A stretch of 64,000 bases of DNA. Origin: an uncultured delta proteobacterium. Lineage in GTDB: Bacteria; Desulfobacterota; Desulfobacteria; Desulfobacterales; UBA2156. Location of the stretch: the NCBI GenBank assembly GCA_963736855.1, contig CAVTQK010000009.1, positions 224,001-288,000 of the forward strand, read 5' to 3'. Positions 52,796 to 64,000 of the stretch are shown here, piece after piece; position 1 is the first letter of the stretch, and each line of letters begins with the position of its first letter. The translations under genes and the position numbers were made by a program. Below the pieces are notes generated by a model that saw only the letters and a list, made by a program, of their open reading frames with translations, made no database searches and was not told the DNA's origin.

Positions 52796-54604
52796 GTGAT
52801 GGAGAAGCACCAAAAATTTTCAGTTTGGTATGTCCTCTTGGGCATATGGTTCGTCTTGATCCTGCAAAATGTTCTCTCGGGCGCTTTTGCCGTAAAGGTC
52901 ATTCCCTATAGCCAATTCTTGAATTTGCTCAAGGAAGGACGCATCGTGGAAGTGGCTATCACGGCGGACAAAATCCAGGGAAAAATGAAGGAGGCGGGAG
53001 TTCCCGACGGGACGGTTATCCCTTTTAGGACGGTTCGGGTGGACCCCGAAATCTCCACCCTCCTGGATCAGTATAGCATAACCTTTAAGGGAGAGGTCGA
53101 GTCCACACTCCTTCCGACGCTTCTGTCATGGATCGTCCCCACCGCGCTTTTCTTCGGGGTATGGTTTTTTTTCATGAAGCGCATGATGGGGCAGCAGCAG
53201 GGATTCATGACGCTGGGGAAGAACAAGGCCAAAATTTATATGGAAAGCGATCTCAATGTCACTTTTGAAGATGTGGCAGGCGTGGACGAGGCCAAACAGG
53301 AGTTGGTGGAAGTGGTGGAGTTTCTCCGTCATCCCGGAAAATATTCCGAACTGGGTGGAAAGCTCCCTAAAGGGGTCTTGCTGGTTGGACCACCCGGCAC
53401 AGGGAAAACACTTCTGGCCAAGGCGGTAGCCGGGGAGAGCGGCGTGCCGTTTTTCAGCATGAGCGGCTCGGAGTTCGTGGAGATGTTTGTGGGATTGGGG
53501 GCAGCCCGGGTGAGAGACCTTTTCGTTCAGGCGAAACAGAAAGCCCCCTGTATCATCTTCATAGATGAGCTGGATGCTTTAGGAAAGGCTCGGGGATTCG
53601 GCATGATGGGGGGTCACGATGAGAGGGAGCAGACGCTCAACCAACTCCTGGTTGAGATGGACGGGTTCGATCCCAAGGCCGGTGTTATCCTGATGGCCGC
53701 TACCAACCGGCCCGAAATCCTCGACCCGGCCCTTTTGAGACCCGGCCGGTTCGACAGACAGGTCCTGGTGGATCGACCCGATAAGCAGGGGAGGGAAGCT
53801 ATCCTGAAAGTACACCTGAAAAATATCACAACGGCATCCAATCTGGACACGGGAAAGCTGGCTGCCATGACGTCGGGGATGGTCGGAGCGGATTTGGCGA
53901 ACCTCGTGAACGAAGCCGCCTTGCTGGCTGTAAGAAAGAACAAGAAAGAAGTGGAGATGGCGGACTTTGAAGAGGCCGTAGAACGGGTGGTGGCGGGTCT
54001 TGAAAAGAAGAACCGGCTCATCAATCCCCGGGAACGTGAGGTTGTGGCCTATCATGAGATGGGGCATGCGATCGTGGCGTTTTCCCTGCCGGGGACCGAT
54101 CCGGTCCAGAAAATCTCCATCATCCCCAGGGGGATTGCGGCCCTCGGATACACCCTTCAGCTCCCAACGGAGGACCGATTCTTGATGAAAAAGACCGAGC
54201 TGTTAAACCGGATCGCCAGCCTTCTCGGAGGCCGGGCGGCCGAGGCGCTGGTCTTTGACGACATTTCTACCGGCGCCCACAACGACCTTTCTCGTGCCAC
54301 CGATATCGCCCGAAGCATGATCAAGGAATACGGGATGAGCGAGAAATTGGGCCAGGTCTATTTTGCACGGGAAAAACGCAGCCCTTTCCTGAATCTGATG
54401 CCGGAAGGCCCGGAAGCTTACAGTGAATCCACTGCGGAGCTCATCGATGCCGAAATCAAAGAAATCATTGATGCACAATATGAAAAAGCGATGGAAATGT
54501 TAAAGGCAAAACGTGGTATTCTTAACAAGGGAGCCGGGCTCCTCCTGGAAAAGGAAAAGATCGAGGCCGAGGAAATACGTACCCTCATGGAGCTGCCGGA
54601 ATAA
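52796..54604 (+). CDS. ftsH: ATP-dependent zinc metalloprotease FtsH
   Basis: Two TM segments, [24 protein letters not shown]. Confidence 0.96.
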   Translation: MMEKHQKFSVWYVLLGIWFVLILQNVLSGAFAVKVIPYSQFLNLLKEGRIVEVAITADKIQGKMKEAGVPDGTVIPFRTVRVDPEISTLLDQYSITFKGEVESTLLPTLLSWIVPTALFFGVWFFFMKRMMGQQQGFMTLGKNKAKIYMESDLNVTFEDVAGVDEAKQELVEVVEFLRHPGKYSELGGKLPKGVLLVGPPGTGKTLLAKAVAGESGVPFFSMSGSEFVEMFVGLGAARVRDLFVQAKQKAPCIIFIDELDALGKARGFGMMGGHDEREQTLNQLLVEMDGFDPKAGVILMAATNRPEILDPALLRPGRFDRQVLVDRPDKQGREAILKVHLKNITTASNLDTGKLAAMTSGMVGADLANLVNEAALLAVRKNKKEVEMADFEEAVERVVAGLEKKNRLINPREREVVAYHEMGHAIVAFSLPGTDPVQKISIIPRGIAALGYTLQLPTEDRFLMKKTELLNRIASLLGGRAAEALVFDDISTGAHNDLSRATDIARSMIKEYGMSEKLGQVYFAREKRSPFLNLMPEGPEAYSESTAELIDAEIKEIIDAQYEKAMEMLKAKRGILNKGAGLLLEKEKIEAEEIRTLMELPE

Positions 54605-54663
54605 GAAAGAAAAAGATCTGCCTTTTACAATATAACCTGTGTATTCAAGTGGATATGGTACAG

Positions 54664-55024
54664 CTAGGGATCATAAGGGTTCTGTTCTTCCCGTGCGCTT
54701 TTTTCTACCTCCACACCTTCGCCGCGGCTCAATGATTTGATCCCCTTTTTGAGTATGCTGAACCCCGACTTGACCCCGCTTTTAATGGTTTTCGCAGACA
54801 GTAGTCGTATCCTTTTTCACGGATTGTTTCAGGTTCTGGGCGTGCTCACCGGCCTTGGCAGCCTCTTGGGAGGCTTCCTGTTTCGCATCTTCGATCGTAG
54901 CCTTTTGTCCTTCTTCGGCGTACGCCAACATGGCGGGGTCAAAGAAAAAAACGGCAACCTCACAAGATACCGCTGATAAAAGGAGGATCATGCCGCAGGC
55001 CAACCAAGCGTTTTTATTTGGCAT
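54664..55024 (-). pseudogene. small exported hypothetical protein, apparently frameshifted near 54796
   Basis: MPNKNAWLACG..hydrophobic leader..KKDTTTV; an alternative frame continues AKTIKSGVKSGFSILKKGIKSL..NPYDP*. Confidence 0.35.
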
Positions 55025-55355
55025 CTTTATGTAAGAACCTTCGATTTCTTCGGCATGCTCGTTTTCTCTCCAACCCATTTCTAAAGCGATCCCTTTGGAT
55101 ATGTAAGCAGGGTCAAAGAGGGAATTTTAACATGATATATCCCCCTTAAAAAAACCGACCATAACCTTGCTTTAAACTATGACAGACGTTTTTTTTCCTG
55201 TCAAGAAAACCGAACCCGTTGATTAAAAGAGATCCATGCCGGGAAAAAATTTCGCTGATATCTCATCATATGAACAAACCGATCCGTTTGACGTTTTCAG
55301 AGTCCGGCAAATGAGATATAGAAAAAAATGGATAATAGAAGGATAAGGATTTCTG

Positions 55356-56924
55356 ATGGGATCGCAGAGCACACAAAAGATGGGTCTGGCAGCAGCGATC
55401 ATGATGACCTCAGTATTTTTCAGCCGCGTGATCGGCCTGGTCCGTGAAATGGTCATCGCATACATCGGAGGGGCCGGATCTGCCGTGGATGCCTATCAGG
55501 TGGCCTTCATTATTCCTGAGATTCTCAATCATATAGTGGCCTCCGGTTTTTTATCCGTGACGTTTATTCCGATTTTTTCACGGTACCTATCTTTAGATCA
55601 GGAAGAAGAAGGGTGGCGCGTCTTTTCCATTATCTTCACCGGATTCGGGACTTTATTATTTCTGGGGATCCTTTTGGCCATGGCCTTTGCGCCGTACATC
55701 GTGAGCATGGTTGCCCCCGGTCTCGGCGATCCCTCGGTGAAAGCCCAGGCCGTCCGCATGACCCGCATCATTCTTCCGGCTCAGATGTTCTTTTTCACCG
55801 GGGGGCTTTTAATGGCCGTTCAATTTTCAAAAGGGCATTTTACCTTCCCTGCCTTTGCCCCTCTTTTGTATAACATCGGAATCATTCTAGGAGGAAGATT
55901 CCTGGGAGGCCATATCGGCATGGAAGGCTTTTCCTGGGGTGTTCTGGCCGGCGCCTTTTTAGGGAATTTTGTTCTTCAATTGTGGGGGGCATTGCGGGTT
56001 GGAATGCGGTTCACCCTGAACCTGCATTTTCAACATCCGGATCTGAAACGATACGTTGCGCTTACCCTGCCCTTGATGGTCGGGCTTACCATGACCTTTT
56101 CCACGGAGATTTTCTTCAAGTTGTTCGGCAGCTATCTTACTCCAGGAAATATTGCCGGGCTCAATTACGGCCTTCGGGTCATGCTGATTTTAGTGGGGGT
56201 ATTCGGCCAGGCCGTCGGGGTGGCCTCGTTTCCGTTCATGGCGCGCCTCGCGGCTGAAGGCAGACTTGAAGAAATGAATCGCCTCATGGATCGGACTCTG
56301 CGGCATCTTTCCCTGGTCATTCCGGTTTCCGTGCTGGGTATGGTATTGCGGAAAGAGATCGTCATCCTCTTGTTTCAGCGCGGCCGATTCGATGAGGCAG
56401 CCGTCGATATCACCTCTCAGGCGCTGCTTTATCTGCTGGCGGGAACGTTTGCTTTTGCCGCCCAGACCATTGTCGTCAGGGCTTACTACGCCGTTCAGAA
56501 TACATTGTTCCCGGCACTCTTCGGATCCCTGGCGGTTGTTTTAAGCCTCCCCCTTTATTGGCTGGGAATGCATTTCATGGGAGGACGAGGTGTGGCTCTG
56601 GCGGTTTCGATTTCGGCCATCTTACAAGTAAGTCTGTTGTACCGGATCTGGAATGCGCGCAGGCCCGATCAGGAACATCGAATGGTCTACCGGGCTTATG
56701 CCCGTATGATCGGCTTGGGGCTGGCTCTGGGTTTGATTTTAGAGTGGCTGAAACGATACGGCTTGCCACCAATCAGCGCCTTTCCTTGGATCCAAAGCGC
56801 CTGGACCTGCGCGGTGATCGGCGCCACCTTCTTAGGTTTGTTTTATCTTATCAGCCGCCTCTTTCGGATACCGGAAATCGAGATGTTTGCGGCAGCAAAA
56901 GAATCGAAACCCAAAAAGGGTTGA
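55356..56924 (+). CDS. murJ: lipid II flippase MurJ
   Basis: SRVIGLVRE, AFIIP, FIPIF, LFQRGRFD, AYYA. Confidence 0.9.
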   Translation: MGSQSTQKMGLAAAIMMTSVFFSRVIGLVREMVIAYIGGAGSAVDAYQVAFIIPEILNHIVASGFLSVTFIPIFSRYLSLDQEEEGWRVFSIIFTGFGTLLFLGILLAMAFAPYIVSMVAPGLGDPSVKAQAVRMTRIILPAQMFFFTGGLLMAVQFSKGHFTFPAFAPLLYNIGIILGGRFLGGHIGMEGFSWGVLAGAFLGNFVLQLWGALRVGMRFTLNLHFQHPDLKRYVALTLPLMVGLTMTFSTEIFFKLFGSYLTPGNIAGLNYGLRVMLILVGVFGQAVGVASFPFMARLAAEGRLEEMNRLMDRTLRHLSLVIPVSVLGMVLRKEIVILLFQRGRFDEAAVDITSQALLYLLAGTFAFAAQTIVVRAYYAVQNTLFPALFGSLAVVLSLPLYWLGMHFMGGRGVALAVSISAILQVSLLYRIWNARRPDQEHRMVYRAYARMIGLGLALGLILEWLKRYGLPPISAFPWIQSAWTCAVIGATFLGLFYLISRLFRIPEIEMFAAAKESKPKKG

Positions 56925-57076
56925 TCCGTCGAAAAAGTATTGTAAACCGGGGTTGCTTTTCCTATATAAGCCCTGATCTAAAAGCATTTTAGATGTAAAG
57001 GTTTTCGCCCAAACCCGTGCAGCCCGAAGGGGCCGTTTTTAAGGGGGCAAAGATTTGCTCGGAAAGGAGGGGACCG

Positions 57077-57634
57077 TTGTATAGGATCGTACCGAAACGG
57101 ATGTTTTTTACCAAAGGAGTAGGCTATCATCGCAACAAGCTGCAAAGCTTCGAGCTTGCGCTGCGGGATGCCGGAATTGAAATCTGCAACATCGTCACCA
57201 TCTCCAGCATATTTCCCCCGGCGTGTAAAATCATCCCCAAGAAAGAAGGACTGAAGGACTTGGTACCCGGACAGATCACTTTCGTGGTAATGGCCCGGGA
57301 AAGCACCAACGAACCCAGCCGGCTCATATCCGCGGCGGTGGGTTTGGCTCAGCCGGTCAACAGGACTCAATACGGATATATCTCCGAACATCACGGGTTC
57401 GGGCAAATGACCCGACAATCCAAGGACTTTGCGGAAGACTTGGCGGCCACCATGCTGGCTTCTACCCTAGGCATCGAGCTGGATATCGACAAAGCGTGGG
57501 ATGAGCGCAAACAGCTTTATATCGCCGACAAGAAACGCCAGTTTACCAGCCGGAGCATCGCCCAGAGCGCCCATGGCCACGAGGAAGGCCTGTGGACCAC
57601 CGTGGTGGCCTGTGCCGTCATGCTCATCGTTTAG
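57077..57634 (+). CDS. pdaD: pyruvoyl-dependent arginine decarboxylase
   Basis: [26 protein letters not shown] (Ser-Ser cleavage site), [11 protein letters not shown] start after AAGGAGG. Confidence 0.92.
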   Translation: MYRIVPKRMFFTKGVGYHRNKLQSFELALRDAGIEICNIVTISSIFPPACKIIPKKEGLKDLVPGQITFVVMARESTNEPSRLISAAVGLAQPVNRTQYGYISEHHGFGQMTRQSKDFAEDLAATMLASTLGIELDIDKAWDERKQLYIADKKRQFTSRSIAQSAHGHEEGLWTTVVACAVMLIV

Positions 57635-57650
57635 TCTCCAGGGTAAAGTC

Positions 57651-58716
57651 ATGCCCCGATCCCTTTTTGAATCATCTCCGGATATTTGCCCAAAACGGCT
57701 TCGGCCGGGACTTAACATTTCCGACCTGATGGAAATCATGGGCGGGACCTGTTTCGAGGCGCGCAACGTTTTCCGGGCAGCGCATCTTTTGAAGGCCATG
57801 ATCGAGCAGGGAGATACCCTATGGCTGGGAATTGCCGGTGCGGGGATCGCCGGCGGCATGGGGGGAATGGTGATTTCACTCATGGAGGCCGGCTTCATCG
57901 ATGTCATCTGTTCCACAGGGGCGCAGGTCTATCATGATCTGCATTTTGCCTTTAATCTGCCGGTCAAGGCGATTTCCCCTCGCTGGGACGACGATTTGCT
58001 CAGAAGGCACGGCGACACCCGGATCTACGATATCGGCATCCGGGAAAAGGAAACCCTTGAAGCACAGGATGCTATCATAAGACGGTTCGTGCAGGAATCT
58101 TATGCGGTTCTGGGCGGCGGACCCATTTCCAGTTGGGAGTTCAACCGGCAACTCGGTCTTTGGGTGAGTGCCAACGCCCCCCATCCGGAACGGAGTTTTA
58201 CGGTCCTGGCTTCAACACTGGGAGTGCCCATTTTTTGGGATTCCCTTTCCAACCACTCAATCGCCATGAACCTGAGTCCGAACCGACCATGAGGGTTTCC
58301 CGGTTCAGTTGTCCGCCCAGAAAGACATTCTACATTCTGCTGCCATCGCCTTTTGCTCCGAAAAGACCGGGTTTTTCGAACTGGGCGGCGGCGGACCCAA
58401 GAACTTTATCCAGCAGACCGGTCCCACCATCAGCCAAATTCTGGGGATCCGTTACGAGGGTGCGGATCGCGGCATCCAAATCGGCACGGCCGTGGAGCGT
58501 GAGGGAAGCCTTTCAAGTTGTACCTTCGGGGAGGCGGTCACCTGGGGGAAATATCAGCATGCCGACCAAGAAGTATTAGTGCAGATCTGGGGGGAGTACA
58601 GTGTGATCTTTCCATTGCTTGCCGCCTATGCGCTCGACACCTGTAACCCGCGCGAGCCGAAACGCTGGTCGTCGCGAATTCCGGATAGTGTCAAAAAATT
58701 GACTGCCGTCCCGTGA
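57651..58716 (+). CDS. deoxyhypusine-synthase-like protein, split by a +1 frameshift near 58275
   Basis: STGAQ.YHD.HF, RIYD in the first frame; LGGGGPKNF.QQ, GSLSSCTF.EAVTWGK in the second. Confidence 0.85.
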
Positions 58717-59597
58717 AATCGAACTCCACCCCATTTCTGGCGTCTCCTGCAAAATTCCATGACCTTAACCGCGCCAAAGTCGTCGTAGTTCCTTTCCCAT
58801 ATGAAGGCGGTATCTCCTACGGCACCGGAACGTCCGGCGCTCCTGGAGCGATTCTGGAAGCATCCGGCCAGCTTGAATTCTACGACGAGGTTCTCGGTGC
58901 CGAGCCTTTGGATGTGGGTATTGCCACGGTGGAAGCCCCCCGAATCCCTTCCGATCCCGAGGGTATGATCGAAACGATGGAAAAAACAATAAGGGATTTG
59001 CTGAAACGGGATAAATTCGTCGTGGTGATGGGTGGGGATCATTCCATCACGAGTGGACATGTCAGGGCCTTGAAAGAAAGATACGGTTCTTTAGGCGTAA
59101 TCCAGCTGGATGCCCATGCTGATCTCCGGGAGATTTACGACGGGAGTCCTTTGAGCCACGCCTGTGTAATGGCCCGTATCCGTGAGATCACTCCGTACAC
59201 GGTACAGGTCGGAATCCGCAGCATCTCCGCTGAGGAAGCCAAGCTCGTTCATCAGGAAAAGCTTTCGTTGTGCACCATGCATCAATGGCGAACCGGTATG
59301 TTTAATCTGAAGGATGCATTGAAACGCCTTCCTGAAAAAGTGTTCATCACCGTGGACGTCGATGTCTTTGACTGGAGCGTTATTGCGAAAACGGGGACGC
59401 CGGAACCCGGAGGTTTTTTATGGGATGAAGCCATGTCGATTTTGAAATCCATATTCAACACCAAAGAGGTGGTGGGCTTCGACGTGGTGGAACTCTCCTC
59501 TCGGGATGGGGACCTGAATGGTCCTTTTGCGGTTGCCAAACTCATCTACAAGATGATTGGATTCAAATTCGCTGAGCAATTGACCCGAACCTTTTAA
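58713..59597 (+). CDS. speB: agmatinase (ureohydrolase)
   Basis: GGDHSIT, DAHAD, SHAC, DVDVFD, GTPEPGG. Confidence 0.9.
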   Translation: MKSNSTPFLASPAKFHDLNRAKVVVVPFPYEGGISYGTGTSGAPGAILEASGQLEFYDEVLGAEPLDVGIATVEAPRIPSDPEGMIETMEKTIRDLLKRDKFVVVMGGDHSITSGHVRALKERYGSLGVIQLDAHADLREIYDGSPLSHACVMARIREITPYTVQVGIRSISAEEAKLVHQEKLSLCTMHQWRTGMFNLKDALKRLPEKVFITVDVDVFDWSVIAKTGTPEPGGFLWDEAMSILKSIFNTKEVVGFDVVELSSRDGDLNGPFAVAKLIYKMIGFKFAEQLTRTF

Positions 59598-59776
59598 CCG
59601 CATTTCCATTTCCTCGACCCTGGATTGGCTCTGCCGCCGAATCGATATTGATTTTGCTTGTCGTATCTGATACCTGGATCAAAAGTGAATCATCTATACG
59701 GGGGTTTTTTAAACACGCTCCAATGTAGAACCCGAGAAAATCCATGTTTCCTTAACCCAAAAAAACAGGAGGCGCT

Positions 59777-61387
59777 ATGGTTAGAAAAATTACGATTTTA
59801 ACGATCCTTTTAGTACTGGTATGCGCCGGAGCCGCCCTGGCGGCGCCTAAACCCGGAGGAACACTGATTTTCGGACGGGGCGGCGACAGCGTAGGTCTGG
59901 ATCCGGCCTATGAAACGGACGGCAATTCCTTTATGATCTGCGACAATATTCTCGAAGCCCTGGTGGAGTACAAGGACGAGTCCACGGATGTCGAACCTGG
60001 GCTTGCCGAGTCATGGACAATTTCTCCCGATGGATTGACCTATACCTTTAAGCTGCGCAAGGGGGTCAAATTTCACGACGGCACCTCCTTCAACGCGGAT
60101 ACGGTGGTCTTTTCCCTGGGCCGCCAGATGAAGGAGCGCAAACTGAAATTTTTCGGCAAGGGTTGGGAAATCCCGGCTCAGGAACGTCCACCGGAGTACT
60201 GGGTAACCATGGAGATGGATAAAACCGTCGATGCCATCGAAGCCGCCGATGAATACACCGTGGTTTTCAAGTTAAAGAGGGTGGAAGCCCCTTTCATCGC
60301 CAACCTGGGCATGGATTTTGCCGACATCATCAGCCCCGAAGCTTTCGTAAAAAACCCCAAGGAATTCCTGCGCAACCCGGTGGGGACCGGTCCCTTCAAG
60401 TTCGTGAAATGGGTAAAGGATGACCAGATCCTTCTGGAAAAAAATAAGCAGTACTGGAACAAGACGGGTGGACCCTACCTGGACAAGGTGGTTTTCAGAT
60501 GTATCCCCGAAAACTCGGTACGTTTCCTCGAACTCAAGACCGGAAACATTCATGTCTGCCAGTTCCCCAATCCGGCGGACATTCCTTTAGCCCAGAAAGA
60601 CCCAAAGATGAAGCTTGTCTCCCAGCCCGGCATGAATATCGGGTATCTGGGATATAACCATAAAAAGGAGCCCTGGAAAAGCAATGCGAAGCTGCGCAAG
60701 GCCATTGCCATGGCCGTCAACCGCAAGGCGATTGTGGACAATATCTACCAGGGACAGGGACAGTTGGCTAAAAACTGTATCCCGCCCACCATGTGGGGAC
60801 ACAACGATGCGGTTCCTATGATCGAATTCAATGTGGAAAAAGCCAAGGCTTTGCTGGCAGAGGCAGGTTTTCCGGAAGGAAAGGGGCTTGGCGAAATTAC
60901 GTTGTGGTCCATGCCCGTGGCCCGGCCCTATAACCCGGAGGGGATGAAGGTGGGTGTTGCCATGGCGGCGGATCTTGCCAAAATCGGCATCCAGGCCCGG
61001 GTGGTGACCTTTGAATGGGGAACCTACCTGAAGCGGCAGCGGGAACAACCGCCGGATATGGACCTTTTCCAACTTGGATGGACCGGCGACAACGGGGATC
61101 CGGATAACTTCCTCGCGGTTCTCTTCGACGGCATGGCCGACCCTGCGGTCCGGACCCAGTGGCACAATCAGGCTTATCACGACCTAATGCTTCAGGGAAA
61201 GCAAACCATCGACCAGGCCAAGCGGGCCGAGATTTACAAGAAAGCCCAGCAGCTCATGTACGATGAAATGCCGGTGATCCCCATCGCTCACAGCACCCAG
61301 ACCTGGCCGCTCTTAAAAAAGGTGATGGATTTCAAGCTCCATCCGACCGCTTCCATCAGGCTGGAAAACGTCTGGCTGGAAAAATAA
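59777..61387 (+). CDS. peptide ABC transporter substrate-binding protein (DppA-like)
   Basis: Signal peptide, LAESW..YTFKLRKGVKFHDG, PVGTGPF, RPYNP, GWTGDNGDPDNF. Confidence 0.92.
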   Translation: MVRKITILTILLVLVCAGAALAAPKPGGTLIFGRGGDSVGLDPAYETDGNSFMICDNILEALVEYKDESTDVEPGLAESWTISPDGLTYTFKLRKGVKFHDGTSFNADTVVFSLGRQMKERKLKFFGKGWEIPAQERPPEYWVTMEMDKTVDAIEAADEYTVVFKLKRVEAPFIANLGMDFADIISPEAFVKNPKEFLRNPVGTGPFKFVKWVKDDQILLEKNKQYWNKTGGPYLDKVVFRCIPENSVRFLELKTGNIHVCQFPNPADIPLAQKDPKMKLVSQPGMNIGYLGYNHKKEPWKSNAKLRKAIAMAVNRKAIVDNIYQGQGQLAKNCIPPTMWGHNDAVPMIEFNVEKAKALLAEAGFPEGKGLGEITLWSMPVARPYNPEGMKVGVAMAADLAKIGIQARVVTFEWGTYLKRQREQPPDMDLFQLGWTGDNGDPDNFLAVLFDGMADPAVRTQWHNQAYHDLMLQGKQTIDQAKRAEIYKKAQQLMYDEMPVIPIAHSTQTWPLLKKVMDFKLHPTASIRLENVWLEK

Positions 61388-61401
61388 GATAAAAAATCTA
61401 T

Positions 61402-61458
61402 GGGTCGAGAGGGTGAGGTAAAGAGTCGTCATTGACCCTCTTTGCCTCCCCTCGAACC
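61402..61458 (+). promoter_or_regulatory. intercistronic stem-loop after the binding-protein gene
   Basis: gggtcgagagggtgaggtaaagag / ctctttgcctcccctcgaacc pairing. Confidence 0.5.
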
Positions 61459-61492
61459 TTCGATCCTGTTAACCTTCAAGGCCTTTTTCAGT

Positions 61493-62497
61493 ATGGCCGC
61501 CTATATTCTTAGAAGAATTCTGATTCTCATCCCGACCCTTCTTGGCGTCTCGGTCATCGTTTTTTTCATGCTTCATATCACCCCCGGAGACCCTGCAGAG
61601 CTCCTTCTCGGGGAGCGCGTTTCCGAGCAGGCACTTAAAGAGATGCGGGAGCATCTCGGGTTGAACAAGCCCGTGTATATCCAGTACGGCATGTTTCTCA
61701 ATCGTCTGCTTCATGGGGATTTGGGGGAAACCATCTGGACCCGTCAGAAAGTCACCGTGGAGATTCGGCAGCGATTTCCCGCCACCATCGAGCTTTCCAT
61801 CGCCGCCCTTTTCATCAGCTGCACCTTGGGCGTTTTATTCGGGATTGTTTCAGCCACCAAACAGTACTCCCTTTTCGACTATTTGAGCATGCTCGGCGCC
61901 CTGATCGGGGTCAGTATGCCCATATTCTGGCTGGGGCTGGTCTTCATGCTCATTTTTTCCATCAACCTGGGGTGGCTTCCCATTTCCGGGAGGCTGAGCG
62001 TCGGGGTAGATCTGGAAGTCATCACCAATTTTTACATTCTGGATGCCCTTTTGACAAAGAATTGGGTCGCTCTCAGAGATGCGCTATGGCATATTATCAT
62101 GCCGGCATGCGCCCTTTCCACCATTCCCACCGCCATTATAGCCCGGATGACCCGATCGTCGATGCTGGAGGTCCTTCGCCAAGACTATATCAAGACCGCC
62201 CGTGCCAAAGGGCTTTCCTGGTTCAAAGTGATCTTCAAGCATGCCTTTAGGAACGCTCTCATCCCCGTGGTGACCACCATTGGGCTGCAGTTTGGAGTCC
62301 TTCTCGGAGGCGCCATCCTCACCGAAACCATCTTTGCCTGGCCTGGGGTCGGCAAATGGATGTACGATGCGGTTATGCAACGGGACTACATGGTGATCCA
62401 GAACGGTACTCTCGTTATCGCCAGTCTTTTTGTGGGGATCAATCTGATCGTGGATGTCTTGTATGCGGTAATCAATCCGAGAATCAGTGTACGATGA
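61493..62497 (+). CDS. peptide ABC transporter permease (DppB-like)
   Basis: PGDPA, RFPATIEL, DYIKTARAKG, HAFRNA. Confidence 0.93.
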   Translation: MAAYILRRILILIPTLLGVSVIVFFMLHITPGDPAELLLGERVSEQALKEMREHLGLNKPVYIQYGMFLNRLLHGDLGETIWTRQKVTVEIRQRFPATIELSIAALFISCTLGVLFGIVSATKQYSLFDYLSMLGALIGVSMPIFWLGLVFMLIFSINLGWLPISGRLSVGVDLEVITNFYILDALLTKNWVALRDALWHIIMPACALSTIPTAIIARMTRSSMLEVLRQDYIKTARAKGLSWFKVIFKHAFRNALIPVVTTIGLQFGVLLGGAILTETIFAWPGVGKWMYDAVMQRDYMVIQNGTLVIASLFVGINLIVDVLYAVINPRISVR

Positions 62498-62555
62498 GGA
62501 TGAAAGGCTTTGGATTAACGTTGGTTTCGGAAATCCGGTCCATGGAGAAGGCCTT

Positions 62556-63437
62556 ATGATGGTGAGATCTCCTGAAGATCGCCATCCGATGCTGGACCAG
62601 CTTTCGCAGCTATGGCGGAACAAGACCGCTATTGCGGGGCTGATCATTATTACGATGTTTACCCTGTGCGGAATCCTTGCCCCGATCATCAGCCCCCACA
62701 ATCCGATCGAGACCGCCCTGTATGACCAGCTCAAGCCGCCGGCATGGAAGGAAGGCGGTTCCGCGAAAAACATCCTGGGTACGGACGATCTCGGCCGGGA
62801 TATCTTGTCCCGCATCATTTATGGCGCCCGGGTTTCCCTGATGGTGGCAGTGGTCAGTGTGGGGTTGGCCTTTTTTATCGGCACGTTTTTCGGATGCATC
62901 GCCGGTTATTACAAAGGAAAGCTGGATACCGTCATCATGCGGGCAGTGGATATGGTTCTCTCATTCCCCTATATCCTTTTAGCCATCGTCGTGGTGGCCT
63001 ACCTGGGTCCGAGCCTTCAGAATGCGATGATCGCCATCGCCATCACCTACGTCCCGCGCTTTGCTCGGATTGTGCGGGCGAGTGTATTGGAGGAATGCGA
63101 AAAGGATTACGTCATGGCTGCCAGGAGCATCGGCGCCAAAGACTTGAGAATCATTTTCATCGCCATACTTCCGAATTGTATGGGTCCTCTCATCGTCCAA
63201 ACTACCTTGAGCTTTGCCTCGGCGATCCTGGATGCCGCAGCACTGAGTTTCCTGGGTCTGGGAGCCCAACCCCCCATCCCCGAGTGGGGCGCGGACATCG
63301 CCCGGAGCCGCGCCTTGATCCTGAGGGCTTCCTGGGTGATGACGTTTCCAGGGATGGCGATTCTTTTTGCCGTATTGGGTTTCAATCTTTTGGGGGACGG
63401 CCTGCGGGACGCCCTGGATCCCCGATTAAGGGACTGA
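62556..63437 (+). CDS. peptide ABC transporter permease (DppC-like)
   Basis: [39 protein letters not shown]. Confidence 0.93.
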   Translation: MMVRSPEDRHPMLDQLSQLWRNKTAIAGLIIITMFTLCGILAPIISPHNPIETALYDQLKPPAWKEGGSAKNILGTDDLGRDILSRIIYGARVSLMVAVVSVGLAFFIGTFFGCIAGYYKGKLDTVIMRAVDMVLSFPYILLAIVVVAYLGPSLQNAMIAIAITYVPRFARIVRASVLEECEKDYVMAARSIGAKDLRIIFIAILPNCMGPLIVQTTLSFASAILDAAALSFLGLGAQPPIPEWGADIARSRALILRASWVMTFPGMAILFAVLGFNLLGDGLRDALDPRLRD

Positions 63438-63441
63438 TGCC

Positions 63442-64000
63442 ATGGCAGGTCAGGCACTGCTCCAGGTTCAGAACCTGAGTACCCATTTTACGGTACGCGG
63501 CCATACGGCCAAAGCGGTGGACGACGTCAGTTTCATCATTGCTGCCGGTTACACCTTGGGTCTTGTCGGTGAATCGGGATGCGGGAAGAGTGTGACGGCC
63601 CACTCCATCATCCGACTCATCCCGGATCCGCCCGGAAAAATTGCTGGAGGCAGGATCCTGTTCGAAGGTGAGGATCTCCTTTCATTTTCCGAATCCCGGA
63701 TGCGCCGCATCCGGGGAAACCGCATCTCCATGATCTTCCAGGAGCCCATGACTTCGCTGAATCCTACCTTTCCCGTGGGAGACCAGGTGGCAGAAGTGAT
63801 CCGTTTGCACGAGAAGCTATCCCGATCCGCCACTCGGGACCGTGTGTTGGAGATGTTTCATCGGGTCGGCATCCCGGCCCCGGAAAAGCGGCTCGAGGAT
63901 TATCCCCACCAAATGAGCGGCGGCATGCGCCAACGGGTGATGATCGCCATGGCGCTTGCCTGTCGGCCCAGGCTTATGATCGCCGATGAACCGACCACAG
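63442..64000 (+). CDS. peptide ABC transporter ATP-binding protein (DppD-like), truncated by the window edge
   Basis: [12 protein letters not shown].., [35 protein letters not shown]. Confidence 0.93.
   Translation, partial: MAGQALLQVQNLSTHFTVRGHTAKAVDDVSFIIAAGYTLGLVGESGCGKSVTAHSIIRLIPDPPGKIAGGRILFEGEDLLSFSESRMRRIRGNRISMIFQEPMTSLNPTFPVGDQVAEVIRLHEKLSRSATRDRVLEMFHRVGIPAPEKRLEDYPHQMSGGMRQRVMIAMALACRPRLMIADEPTT

Noticed and set aside
58287..58330. Selenocysteine read-through at the DHS-like TGA
   Set aside because: The conserved C-terminal motifs lie in a different frame, so this is a frameshift

Overview
Bacterial chromosome segment of about 60 genes. Gene content and protein types suggest an anaerobic Desulfobacterota (deltaproteobacterial) organism; this is inferred, not searched. 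Most of it is housekeeping or metabolic: rocD, trxB, a TetR-controlled fatty-acid module (acyl-CoA dehydrogenase, acyl-CoA ligase, membrane Fe-S/CCG oxidoreductase, etfBA), mobB, panC-metK-ahcY, a NEW3/ABC operon, groES-groEL, nifU-nifS, L,D-transpeptidase with DUF882, ftsH, murJ, a pdaD / deoxyhypusine-synthase-like / agmatinase polyamine operon, and a peptide ABC operon running off the right edge. Highlights: (1) an unannotated 50-aa membrane microprotein at 33636-33788 with an in-frame TGA in a U-x4-C motif and a SECIS-like hairpin; (2) a second SECIS-like hairpin after the TGA of an FmdB zinc-ribbon gene; (3) an AmmeMemoRadiSam operon whose members appear to carry export signals (Tat motif plus CxxCH on the radical SAM enzyme), linked to a membrane spermidine-synthase-fold protein; (4) a nested mobile-DNA scar at 20.3-21.2 kb (IS1380-like shell, two inverted foldback MITE-like copies, a truncated oxidoreductase tail); (5) twin promoter/operator units matching the Bacillus FadR/YsiA box; (6) frameshifts in etfA (at A_AAA_AAG) and in the DHS-like gene. 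I saw no CRISPR array, rRNA or tRNA. All family assignments come from motif recognition by eye; no database searches were run.
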